This document shows positions 28,587-38,658 of a stretch of DNA of 64,000 nt, piece after piece. The notes under the pieces were generated by a model, which worked only from the letters and a program-made list of their open reading frames with translations, was not told where the DNA came from and did no database searches. How positions within the stretch are numbered: position 1 is the stretch's first letter; each line of letters begins with the position of its first letter. Both the position numbers and the translations under genes were made by a program. Source of the stretch: an uncultured Chloroflexia bacterium (GTDB taxonomy: Bacteria > Chloroflexota > Anaerolineae > B4-G1 > SLSP01); NCBI GenBank assembly GCA_963751345.1, contig CAVVUS010000011.1, positions 160,001 through 224,000 on the forward strand. Reading direction: 5' to 3'.

Positions 28587-30685
28587 TTACGATTCCCCTG
28601 TCCGACGCAACTCGTCATAGGTGGAAAACCAATTGAGCAGCTCCTGCTGCCGCCGAGTGGCCTCCGCCTGAATCTGACGCTGCCGGTACTCGTACTGGCG
28701 ATTGGAGATCGTCTGCTGGACGTCCTCGGGCGCCGAACCCATCGCAGTCGGAACTGCCCCTCCGTACCGGCTGTCTCAAATCCCACGTGGCCGTAGTCGA
28801 GGATGCGTGCGAAGATCGTGGGCACCTCGTAACTCAGGTTCTGGATGCGATCAAGGCGCGTCTCACGCCGCGTCTCCCGGAGCAGCAATGGAAGACGATC
28901 TACGAGGATAATGTGGCTGCCCGTCAACTGGAAATAGTCGTTCCGCCAGTCTTCGACGAACCAGAGCAGCGCGGCGAACGCAATCGCCTCCACAAAGAGC
29001 CAGGCGACCAACCATCCCGGAAACGATGGCGTGCCGGCACGTGTCGCCAAGTAGAACGGCCCACCGATTGTGAGCAGGAGGAAGGGCACCAGCGCCGGTG
29101 CGCTCCAGACGACCCCCGGCAGCCAGTAACGTTTCCAGATGATGATGTTCCCATCATCGATCTCGATTCTCGCCGGCGGGAAGAGATATTCCCAGAGCGA
29201 TTTCAACAGCACCCCGAGCTCCACACCCCCAGGCTGTCTTGGCCTTACGGGCCCGGGACTGCCGGCGGCGGGCTGTTCCTCCTCTTCGGTTGGCTCCAGG
29301 CGATGTGAAAGCATATCCCGAATCTGTCCGCGGGTCTTCAGCACGTCCCGTGCCTTTGTGCGTCCAACTTCGCGAGAGATCAGCATACGCAGTGCGTCGG
29401 GCGCGGGCACGTAGCTCATGTCGACGTCGACCGTCTCGCCGGCTGTCTCGAGCACCAGATTGCCGTAGTCCAGCAAGTTGGACATCAGGCCCGATTGCGT
29501 CTCAGAGATATCGACGACATTGTCGAGAGGCGACTCCTGCTGGTGCGTTGAGAAGGGCCCGGTGCGCTCAATATGGACCACACGTTGGGTGGTCACGACG
29601 AAGTAGTCGTCACGCCAGTTGATGTACTGCCAGCCGATACCCAAGACAAGCCCCACGATCGGTATCGACAGGAGCCCCCCAAGCGCCATCAGCATAGTCT
29701 CGCCGGTCATCAACAGCATCACGACGGCGGGAAGAAGGAGCAGCAGGACAACGGCAGGCGCGACGGCCTGGCGGGAGAGCCGGATCCAGTGTCGCTGGAT
29801 CGAAGCGATCACCCACTCATCCTCGCGTAGCCAGTCGAACTGGCGAAGGTTGCGCCGCCGGGCGACCTCCGGCGAGATGTTCAGCCTGCGCTCGAGATAG
29901 GGGCGTTTCTCGATCAAATCGTTCAGTTCGACCCGCAGCAGGTAGAGCACGCGCGCGTTCCCTTCGGCCATCGCGGTGACGTCGTGGTAGTCTCCGACCA
30001 GGAGCCCCGTCTCGCCGGCGCGGTCCCCCGGCCCAAGTAGGCCGACCTCGAGGGTGACGCCCTGCTGGTTGATAGCCGTCAGCCGGATTTGCCCCTCGGT
30101 GACGTAGATCATCCGATCCGACACCTCTCCCTGTCGAAAGAGCCACTCGCCGTGCTGGTAGACCTGATCGTGCGTGATCTTGGCGATCTGGTAAAGCTCG
30201 AGGTCGCCCATTCGATCTTCCAGGCGGCTGAACAAGGGGATCTTCTTCAGGGTGTCGACCAGGACGTCGGGTTTGAGCGGACCCGGAAGACGCTCGCGAA
30301 GGTACTCGCTCTTCTGGTAGGCCCGGACGAGATCGCGGAAACGCAGGATGAGCACCTCGGTCTCGTCGATGGCTTGCACGGTCAGCCTTTCGTAATCGCC
30401 TATCCTGAGGCTCAGCCTCCCCAAGGATGCGCCCGCGGACCTGGTTCCTAGAACCTCAGGGGGCGCATCCTGGACGTCGGAGGGCCTCTGAATCCGCACA
30501 CGGCCGCTCACGATGAGAATCGCCTTGTCCGGGATCTGATCCGCCCGCAGCAGTTGCTCGCCGGCGCCGTAGGTCCTTTCGTCGACGAATGGAACCAGAC
30601 GGAGGAGTTCTCGGTCTCCTTCGTCATCAAGATCCCTGAACATCGGGATCTGCTTCAGGTGCATGAGTACGTCGCGCGGTTCCAT
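28587..30685 (-). CDS. Membrane protein with two cNMP-binding domains and two bPH_2-like domains (frameshift ~28730)
   Basis: LKQIPMF / LKKIPLF...FRQGE...GETGLL cNMP repeats; W.ND.F.VT..R...LDYG...ETAG bPH_2 repeats; rebuilt end PEDVQQTI...RRTGES*. Confidence 0.75.
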
Positions 30686-30709
30686 TTAATTGATTATACC
30701 ATAGTCTTC

Positions 30710-31868
30710 TTATTGAGGGGCATAGGTTTCCGCCAGAGCTGTGCGGAATGCCGCGAGTGTCTCGCCCGCAGTGCGCGCCCAGGAGAAGCTGCGACTCCGG
30801 TCGATAGCGTGGGTGCGCATCTCTTCGTAGAATGCTTGATCGCAGAGCAGCTGGATGAGCGCACCGGCCATCCCCTCGGCGTCCTCCGGCGGCAGGAGGA
30901 CACCTGCGTCACCGACCACCTCAGGAAGACTCGACACGTTGCTCGCTACCACGGGGGTGCCACAGGATATCGCCTCCAATGGCGGGTAACCGAAGCCTTC
31001 ATAGGTCGAGGGGAAGATCAAGGCCCGGGCTCCTCGGTAGAGCGCAGGTTTGGAGGGCTCCGCGACAAAGTCCAGAAAGTGCACGGTCTCCTCGGACAGG
31101 CCTGCCTCGTGGGCCAGCCTACGCGGATCCGGCGTGAATGGCGTGTCGCGGGCAGGAAGCCGCCCGCCGACGGCCAGTCGGAGCGTCGGGATAGGCCCGA
31201 TGGGCTATGGCAAAGGCCGTCATCACCGTTCTCAGGTTCTTCCGGATGTCAAAGCCACCCAGATAGAGTACGTAGGTATCCGGAAGCCCGAGCTCGGCGC
31301 GTATGGCCGCATCGGTCGCCGCCGGATCGGGTGAGTACTCCGGCCCGAGGGCTAGAGGCACGGCGCGCACCCGCTCGCGCGGCAGGCCGAGATGGCGCGT
31401 GAGGTCGTCTCCGGATGCCCTGGAGTCCGTGAGCACGAGGGTAGCCGCGGGGGTGGCAGCCCTGACCAGCGCGGTATAGAGCCTCACCCGGGCATCGCCT
31501 CGATAGGCAGGCAGGATGAGAGGGATGATATCGTGAATCGTGACGACGAAGGGGAGGGGAGAGCGTGCCGGAGGCGCCCAATAGGGCACGTGAAGCAGGT
31601 CCGCCTCGTGGTCCCGGGCCAATCTCGGTACCTGAACTTGCTCCCACCACACCTTGCGCAGGTTCGTCCTGGGGACACTAAGGGAGGTGATGCGAACGTT
31701 GGCGAGACCCGCGAGACCGGCTGTGCTGCCGGTCGCCAAGGATGGGACCAGAACGTCTATCTGCAAGGTAGCATCCGACTGCGCCAGGGCGCCTACCAGG
31801 CGCTGGACGTACTGGCCGCTGCCGGTTTCTGGGAGATCCCAGAACCATCCATTCACTGCAACACGCAT
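30710..31868 (-). CDS. Glycosyltransferase family 4 (frameshift ~31180)
   Basis: WWEQ, VTIHD, LYLGG..RKN, FPSTYEGFGYPPLEA, SSLPEVVG. Confidence 0.9.
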
Positions 31869-31992
31869 GTCGGCTCTGGACCAGCCATAAGCGGTGGCGC
31901 CCGCATTTCTGTGAGGGGCGTCACCTCGTGACAGGGGACCGCGAGTGGCCGGCCCCGGCTAAAGGTGATCCGTCAGCAACCCGACGGGTCGG

Positions 31993-32349
31993 TTATTCAC
32001 GTAGATGAACGTTGATTGCCTGGGGTCCGCGATCGGTGTCGGTCACCTCGTACCAGACCCGTGCGTTCTCACCATACTCGGACGGCTCACCCTCCATAGC
32101 ACTGCGGTGGAAAAAGATATCGCTTCCATCACGTTGGGTGATAAAGCCGAAGTGCTTGTCGTCCTGGTACCACTTCACCACGCCGGCCCGAAGCCCCGGG
32201 CCGGTATCGGATTCCCCCCGGCACTTGGGACAACGCGTGGGGACTTCGGGTTCGAAACCCAGTCCTTGCTGCAGGCGTTGTTCCTCGACCCGGTAGACAA
32301 AAGTGTCTCCGCAGTTCTCACAGGTCAGTAGTTGGTCACGAAACGGCAT
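31993..32349 (-). CDS. Zinc-ribbon plus cold-shock domain fusion protein
   Basis: D..LTCENCG.TF...EQ...P.RCPKCR (zf-trcl-like) followed by GVVKWY...FGFI...DIFFH...RGPQAINV. Confidence 0.85.
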   Translation of the reverse strand: MPFRDQLLTCENCGDTFVYRVEEQRLQQGLGFEPEVPTRCPKCRGESDTGPGLRAGVVKWYQDDKHFGFITQRDGSDIFFHRSAMEGEPSEYGENARVWYEVTDTDRGPQAINVHLRE

Positions 32350-32510
32350 GTATGTTCTCCAGTCAATGTACTGATACCACAATCCGGCACGCTGATCTCA
32401 AACATCGATGATCGATCTGGACAAACTATACGTGGAAATGTGGGTTTCGACAAGTGGTCAGGCGCTTTGGTTGTGTTGATTTCTGAGCGTCGCGCGGTAA
32501 AGTGAGTTGC

Positions 32511-33803
32511 ATGCGCGAGCGAATTCGTGTCTGGCTGCGTCGGTGGCGTGTGGTCATCGTGGTGTTGGCCCTCTGTCTTCTGCTGGGGCAGGGCGGCCTC
32601 CCGATGCAGGATTTGCAGACGAATCTGGAGACGATCACAGCGGGCCTGCGCTTCAACTTCTTCACGTGGGAGGTACGGGCGCTCGCAGGGAAGGTGGCCT
32701 ACGGCCTCCTCTCGCCCCAACGATATATGAGCGACGAGGCCCAGAGCCGTTTCGTTCTCTCCTATCTGGATGACGTGGCCGAATCGAACCGACTGTCAAG
32801 GGAAATCGATCACATTTACACGGATCCCTCGATCGAGGATCCCGAGGCCGCCAGTGCGGACGTGCGCGCGTCATTTGCGGCGCTCCGGCTCAAGATGGAC
32901 AAGGAGGGGCCAATCGCCGAGGCCATCCTGCAGTCACAGGTCAGCCAGGTGCTCGCGAACGGCGGGCTGGGCGAGATGGCGTCGATCCTACCGCCGGTCG
33001 AGGGTACGTTCACACCGCTGCCCTACGTGTTAGTTGTATCTCCCAGGGCCGTTATCGAGAGCCTCAATCAGCAGCAGCTCGTCGCAGGCCTCACGGCGGC
33101 GCAACAGAATGACATCGAGACGGCGGTCATGGACGCGGAGCCCGATATGTCCGCGTATGTTACCGACATCGGGGGCCTCGCGGCCTATCCTGCCATGCTG
33201 TTGGAGAGCAGTTCCATCGACTGGGTCACCAATGTCGTGTCGCACGAGTGGACGCACCACTACCTGGAGTTTCATCCCCTTGGTTGGAACTACATGCGGA
33301 GCAGCGAGACCCGCACGATCAACGAGACGACGGCTGAGTTGATCGGGGGGTGGGCCGGGCAGCAGGTGATGCTCCGGTATTACGACCCGCTTCTCGACCG
33401 GACGAAGGAACTGCCCCAGCCGCTGGTGGCGCCGGCATCGCAGCCGGGGGGAGGGGGCGACGGTTTCGACTTCAACGCGGAGATGCACCACACCCGCGTC
33501 GTCGTGGATGGCTTGTTGGCTGAGGGCAAGGTGAAGCTCGCCGAGCAGTACATGGAACTGCAGCGGCGCTACTTCGTCGACAACGGCTACCAGATCCGGC
33601 GCCTGAACCAGGCGTACTTTGCGTTCCACGGTGCCTATGCCAGCACGCCGGGGGGCGCGGCGGGCGCGGACCCGATCGGTCCGTTGGTCCGCCGGATGTG
33701 GGCCCTGAGCGCGGAACCTTCCGACTTCCTGCGCAGCATCGCGCCGGTCACGTCGCTGCAGCAGCTGCAGAGCGTTGTGGACCGCGAACAGACGCCGGCG
33801 TGA
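32511..33803 (+). CDS. Membrane-anchored putative zinc metallopeptidase (HExxH)
   Basis: N-terminal TM; VVSHEWTHH ... INETTA gluzincin-like pattern; RLNQAYF. Confidence 0.6.
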   Translation: MRERIRVWLRRWRVVIVVLALCLLLGQGGLPMQDLQTNLETITAGLRFNFFTWEVRALAGKVAYGLLSPQRYMSDEAQSRFVLSYLDDVAESNRLSREIDHIYTDPSIEDPEAASADVRASFAALRLKMDKEGPIAEAILQSQVSQVLANGGLGEMASILPPVEGTFTPLPYVLVVSPRAVIESLNQQQLVAGLTAAQQNDIETAVMDAEPDMSAYVTDIGGLAAYPAMLLESSSIDWVTNVVSHEWTHHYLEFHPLGWNYMRSSETRTINETTAELIGGWAGQQVMLRYYDPLLDRTKELPQPLVAPASQPGGGGDGFDFNAEMHHTRVVVDGLLAEGKVKLAEQYMELQRRYFVDNGYQIRRLNQAYFAFHGAYASTPGGAAGADPIGPLVRRMWALSAEPSDFLRSIAPVTSLQQLQSVVDREQTPA

Positions 33804-33883
33804 GCCGCGCTGCTTCTGAGACGAACCCGCTCCCCGGACCCGCCGGCACCAGACGTCCGACGATCCGGCGTGGGGCGCATCCG

Positions 33884-33911
33884 TTGATATCCACTTCCGT
33901 TATGGTATAAT
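33884..33911 (+). promoter_or_regulatory. sigma70 promoter for the mre operon
   Basis: TTGATA-16-TATAAT with TG extension. Confidence 0.6.
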
Positions 33912-33951
33912 CCCTGGCGTTCTCCCCATGAATGTGAGGTCGAGGTATTGA

Positions 33952-35025
33952 TTGTTTAACCCAATAGATTGGCTTCTCGGGCTCTTTTCGCTCGACATAG
34001 GCATTGACCTAGGGACGGCGAATACGCTGGTCTACGTGCGCGGGAAGGGCATCGTCAGCAATGAGCCTTCCTGGGTTGCCCGTGACCGCAACAGCCGAAG
34101 GATACTGGCTGTGGGCGCCGAAGCCAAAGAGATGGTGGGCAAGACGCCCGCCAACATTGTGGCCATCCGCCCCCTTCGTGACGGCGTCATCTCGGAGTTT
34201 GACGTGACTGAGGTGATGCTGCGCTATTTCATCAGGAAAGCGCACGAGCAGCTCCTGATCCCCTATCCCCGCCCCCGCGTAGTCATCGGGATTCCGAGTG
34301 GTGTGACGGAGGTGGAGAAACGGGCTGTGCACGACGCCGCGCTGGAGGCAGGTGCTCGTGAGGCGTATCTGATCGAGGAACCGATGGCCGCGGCGCTGGG
34401 TGCCGGGTTACCTGTCACCGAGCCACAGGGCAGTATGATCGTGGATATCGGCGGCGGTACGACGGAGGTCGCCGTTTTCGCCCTGAAAGGCATTGTGGTC
34501 AGCCGCAGCCTGCGAATCGCCGGCGACGAGCTGGACGAGGATATCGTTCAGTACGCGCGCCAGAAGTATAACCTCGCCATCAGCGAGCGTATGGCCGAGC
34601 GGATCAAGATCAACATCGGCTCTGCCTATCCGCTGCCCGAGGAACTGACGATGGCTATGCGCGGACGTAACCTGATTACCGGGTTGCCCGAGGAAATCGA
34701 GATCAGCAGTATTGAGATCCGGGAGGCACTCAGCCGGTCGACGAACATTATCGTCGATCTAGTCCGTGATACCTTGGATGAGACGCCCCCCGAGTTGGTC
34801 TCCGATCTGATGGAGACCGGCGTCTGCCTTGCCGGTGGGGGTGGCCAACTCAAGGGATTGGCGGAGCGGATCAGCGAGGAGACGCACATTCGTGCCTGGG
34901 TAGCCCAGGAAGCGTTGACTTGCGTGGCCCGAGGTGCCGGTATGGTCCTGGAGGACTTCGAGTCACTTCGTGCGGCGCTCTCTTCGGAGGATAGCTGGCG
35001 GCCCGGAGGCTCGGCTTCCTGGTAG
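33952..35025 (+). CDS. mreB: Rod shape-determining protein MreB
   Basis: IDLGTANTL, IRPLRDGVI, EEPMAAA, DIGGGTTE. Confidence 0.97.
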   Translation: MFNPIDWLLGLFSLDIGIDLGTANTLVYVRGKGIVSNEPSWVARDRNSRRILAVGAEAKEMVGKTPANIVAIRPLRDGVISEFDVTEVMLRYFIRKAHEQLLIPYPRPRVVIGIPSGVTEVEKRAVHDAALEAGAREAYLIEEPMAAALGAGLPVTEPQGSMIVDIGGGTTEVAVFALKGIVVSRSLRIAGDELDEDIVQYARQKYNLAISERMAERIKINIGSAYPLPEELTMAMRGRNLITGLPEEIEISSIEIREALSRSTNIIVDLVRDTLDETPPELVSDLMETGVCLAGGGGQLKGLAERISEETHIRAWVAQEALTCVARGAGMVLEDFESLRAALSSEDSWRPGGSASW

Positions 35026-35058
35026 CGGTCGTCGGGCCGCGAATCTGGTGACTGCAAG

Positions 35059-35934
35059 ATGAAACGCAATGGTGGTCCCTGGCTGGCCTGGGTCCTGCTC
35101 CTCCTTGCTCTGCTCCTCATCGTCCTCAGCGAATCCGGCACCCTCAACCCGGTCGAGAGCCTCCTCGGCTACGTCGTGGCCCCCCTGGAACGCGGCCTCT
35201 CGGGTGTTGTCGGTAGCCTCGGCTTTCTCACCCGTACAGCCCGTGACGCACAGGCGCTCCAGCAGCAGGTGGACGACCTCACGCGTGAGAATGAGGTGCT
35301 GGTTCAGGAGAACTTTCGTCTGCGCGAGTATCACGCTGAGAATGAGGAGCTGCGCCGTCAGCTCAACTATCAGCAGGAGAACCCCACGCTTGGCCTTCTT
35401 GGTGCCGATGTGGTCGGGCAGGAGTGCACTACCTATCCGTGTGGCGACGTCGTAGGGCAGGACGTCAACCCTTATCTGAGATATCTCGTCATCAACGTCG
35501 GGTCACGGGACGGCGTTGCGGTCGGCATGCCCGTCGTGACTGGAGGTGCCGCAATGGTCGGGCGGATTGCCCGGACCTCGCCGAATCTCTCCTACGTGCA
35601 GCTGGTCAATGACCCACAGAGCCAGGTTGCCGCGATGCTCCAGCAGTCGCGTGTCACGGGCATCGTAGAAGGGTCCGACGAAGGGGTGTTGGTGATGACC
35701 GACATCCTGCCGGATGAGCAGGTTACCGAAGGTGAGACGATCATTACGTCGTCTATCGGCGGTCTTCTGCCGCGGGGACTCATTCTGGGACAGGTGGAAA
35801 GCATCAGCTACCAGGAATCGGACCTGTTTCAGCGAGCGGCGGTCCGCTCGGCTGTGGATTTCCGGCACATCGAGACGGTATTGGTGATCACGGAGTTCCC
35901 GCAGCCGGACCTGGAAGAGCTGACCGCGCCATGA
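35059..35934 (+). CDS. mreC: Rod shape-determining protein MreC
   Basis: TM plus coiled coil ENEELR, INVGSRDGV, TS..GG..P.G. Confidence 0.92.
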   Translation: MKRNGGPWLAWVLLLLALLLIVLSESGTLNPVESLLGYVVAPLERGLSGVVGSLGFLTRTARDAQALQQQVDDLTRENEVLVQENFRLREYHAENEELRRQLNYQQENPTLGLLGADVVGQECTTYPCGDVVGQDVNPYLRYLVINVGSRDGVAVGMPVVTGGAAMVGRIARTSPNLSYVQLVNDPQSQVAAMLQQSRVTGIVEGSDEGVLVMTDILPDEQVTEGETIITSSIGGLLPRGLILGQVESISYQESDLFQRAAVRSAVDFRHIETVLVITEFPQPDLEELTAP

Positions 35935-36437
35935 GCCTCTATTTCGGCATCCCGATTCTGCTGTTGGCTGCTGTACTGCAGAGTGTCTGGGTGGACGGCA
36001 TCCGCGTCATTGGGGGGCGGCCCGATTTGGTGCTGCTGTTGGTCGTGACTTGGTCGATCATCCGAGGCGCGAACGAAGGGGCACTGTGGGGCTTCATCGG
36101 TGGCATGTTCTGTGATCTTCTGTCGGGCAGCGGTTTCGGCCTGTGGACGGTGTCACTGACGGCGGTCGGTCTCCTGGTAGGGCAGCCGTGGGTGCATTCA
36201 CTGGGGCCCACCGTGATTCGGCTCGCGTTGATGTCGGCCGTTGGGACTCTGTTTGGGCATCTGGTGCTGCTGTTGACAATGTCGCTCCTGGGATACGCCG
36301 TTGAGATCGGTCGCGGCATACAGACTGTGGCCGGGCCGGCTGCCGTACTTAACCTGTTGCTCTCCCCATTTGCGTTTTCTTTCCTCGTTTGGTTCCACCA
36401 ACGATCCGGACGTCGCCTCGGAGGTTTTGCCGCGTGA
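35931..36437 (+). CDS. mreD: Rod shape-determining protein MreD
   Basis: RPDLVLL, GFIGG..DLLS; operon position. Confidence 0.9.
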   Translation: MSLYFGIPILLLAAVLQSVWVDGIRVIGGRPDLVLLLVVTWSIIRGANEGALWGFIGGMFCDLLSGSGFGLWTVSLTAVGLLVGQPWVHSLGPTVIRLALMSAVGTLFGHLVLLLTMSLLGYAVEIGRGIQTVAGPAAVLNLLLSPFAFSFLVWFHQRSGRRLGGFAA

Positions 36438-36461
36438 GCCGCTGGCTGGGATCTGGGATCG

Positions 36462-38645
36462 GTGGGACACACGGGGCGTGCCTGGGACAACCAGGGTCGC
36501 GATGAATCCGGAGCGTCCCGCCCTGTCTGGGTGCTCGAGGCGCCGCGGATCGCGATCGTGGGCTGGGTGATCCTGTTGATCCTGGGTCTCTATCTGATCC
36601 GCCTGTGGCAACTGCAGTTCCTGGAGGGAGGTTCGTGGCGCGCGCGGGCCGTCCAACAGCAGAGTCGTCTCGATGCGGTCAGTCCGCCGCGGGGCGTGAT
36701 CTACGATCGCAATGGCGAGATTCTGGTGCGAAATGTGCCGGCCTACGACGTCACGATCACGCCGGGGAATCTGCCCGATGATCCGGAGCGCGAGCGAGAC
36801 GTGCTGATGTGGCTGTCACAGCTGCTCGACATCCCGTATTCCACGACGGAGGGCTTTGATCTTCCGGAGTACAGGCCGGAGATCAGCGCTGTGGGGAGGT
36901 CCGAGTACGCGCCGTTTGGGAAGGCTCCTGAGCCGGGCCTGCTGGAGATGGTGAATGAGGTCCGGTGGCTGGAGCCCTACGCGCCGATCGTCGTGGCCCA
37001 GAACGTCGATCGCGATCTTGCGCTGCTGATCGCCCAGGAGAGCGGCGTCACGATGCCGGGGGTAGGTATTGAGACCATCTCTCGTCGGCGGTACACGTAC
37101 GGCGAGTTGACCTCCCAGATATTGGGTTTCCTGGGTCCGATCCCGCCGGAGAGTGTCGTAGAGTACGAGCAGAAGGGCTACAACGCAAACGTCGACCGCA
37201 TCGGGTATGCGGGCATTGAGGCCCAGCTAGAGGAGTCGCTCCGCGGCATTCCTGGCCGTAGGGTCATCGAGAAGGACGTCTTGGGGCAGGAGCTGAACGT
37301 GTTGAGCGAGACCGCGCCGACTCCGGGGGACAACGTCTATTTGACGTTGGACATCCAACTACAGACCGTGGCCCAGGAGGCGCTGGCACAGGGCCTGGCC
37401 GATGCGGGGTCACAGCGTGGTGTGGTAGTGGCGCTGGACCCACGGGATGGTGAGGTGCTCGCGATGACCAGCTTGCCGACCTACGATGACAATATGTTCA
37501 GCAAGAAGCTGGACACGGACGACTATGATCAACTGCTCAAGGACCCCCACCATCCCTTTCTGAATCACGCCATTGCCGACCAGGTCCCTCCGGGATCGAC
37601 GTTCAAGATTGTCCCGGCAACGGCCGGCCTCCAGGAAGGTGTGATCAACCGGGTCACGACGCTCAACTGCCCCGGAGAGATGTTCCTGCCCAACAAGTTC
37701 GCTCCCGATGACGCGAGCCTCGCGCAGCCTTTCTACTGCTGGCTGTACCTGCAGAATGGATATGGCCACGGCCCGCTCAACGTCGTAGATGCACTTGCGC
37801 AGTCGTGCGACATCTTCTTCTACAAGCTGGGTGGCGGCTTTGCGCAGGATAGCTTCGAGGGGCTCGGCGTCGATCGCCTGGCTCACTATGCCACAGAGTT
37901 CGGCCTCGGAAACCCGAGCGGGCTGGATATCCCGGGAGAGGCCGCGGGCCTGGTACCCACCCCGCAGTGGAAACGCCAGACCTATCAGGAAACCTGGACG
38001 ACCGGCAATACCTATAACCTCTCGATCGGTCAGGGCGATCTTCTGGTGACGCCCCTGCAGATGGCCAACGCGCTCGCAGTGGTAGCCAACGGCGGCGTGC
38101 TCTACAAGCCGCAGCTCATCCAGCACATCGACGACGCCGCGGGGCACACGATCCGGCCTTTCACACCGGCGATCAGCCATACGCTTCAGGTCGACCAGGC
38201 TGTCTGGCAGGTCGTGCGCCAAGGCATCGATCTCGCGGTCTCCCCGACAGGGACCGGGAGCCGAGCTGAGCTGGACGAGACCCTCGGGATCAACCTCGCC
38301 GGAAAGACGGGCACGGCCGAGTATTGCGATGATATCGCACTCGCGGCGGGGCTGTGCGACGTGGCAGAGGGCCAGACGCTGCCCACCCACGCCTGGTTTA
38401 TGGCCTATGGCCCCGTGGAATCGCCGGAGATCGTCGTCCTGGCCTGGGTCTATGATGGCGGCGAGGGATCCGTCACGGCTGCGCCGATCGTCAAGGAAGT
38501 TCTCGACTTCTACTTCCGTCGTGAGCTAGGCCTGCTGGGGGCGGAAGAGACGCCCGCCGAGGGTGAGGGGGTCGCGACGCCCGAAGTGCCCGATGCGACC
38601 CTGCCCGTGCCGGTAGAGCCCACTCCGGTCGTCACCAATCCCTGA
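36462..38645 (+). CDS. mrdA: Penicillin-binding protein 2
   Basis: PRGVIYDRNG, GSTFK, SCD, KTGTAE, HAWF; Pro/Thr-rich tail. Confidence 0.93.
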   Translation: MGHTGRAWDNQGRDESGASRPVWVLEAPRIAIVGWVILLILGLYLIRLWQLQFLEGGSWRARAVQQQSRLDAVSPPRGVIYDRNGEILVRNVPAYDVTITPGNLPDDPERERDVLMWLSQLLDIPYSTTEGFDLPEYRPEISAVGRSEYAPFGKAPEPGLLEMVNEVRWLEPYAPIVVAQNVDRDLALLIAQESGVTMPGVGIETISRRRYTYGELTSQILGFLGPIPPESVVEYEQKGYNANVDRIGYAGIEAQLEESLRGIPGRRVIEKDVLGQELNVLSETAPTPGDNVYLTLDIQLQTVAQEALAQGLADAGSQRGVVVALDPRDGEVLAMTSLPTYDDNMFSKKLDTDDYDQLLKDPHHPFLNHAIADQVPPGSTFKIVPATAGLQEGVINRVTTLNCPGEMFLPNKFAPDDASLAQPFYCWLYLQNGYGHGPLNVVDALAQSCDIFFYKLGGGFAQDSFEGLGVDRLAHYATEFGLGNPSGLDIPGEAAGLVPTPQWKRQTYQETWTTGNTYNLSIGQGDLLVTPLQMANALAVVANGGVLYKPQLIQHIDDAAGHTIRPFTPAISHTLQVDQAVWQVVRQGIDLAVSPTGTGSRAELDETLGINLAGKTGTAEYCDDIALAAGLCDVAEGQTLPTHAWFMAYGPVESPEIVVLAWVYDGGEGSVTAAPIVKEVLDFYFRRELGLLGAEETPAEGEGVATPEVPDATLPVPVEPTPVVTNP

Positions 38646-38658
38646 GGTCGGCTCTGCT

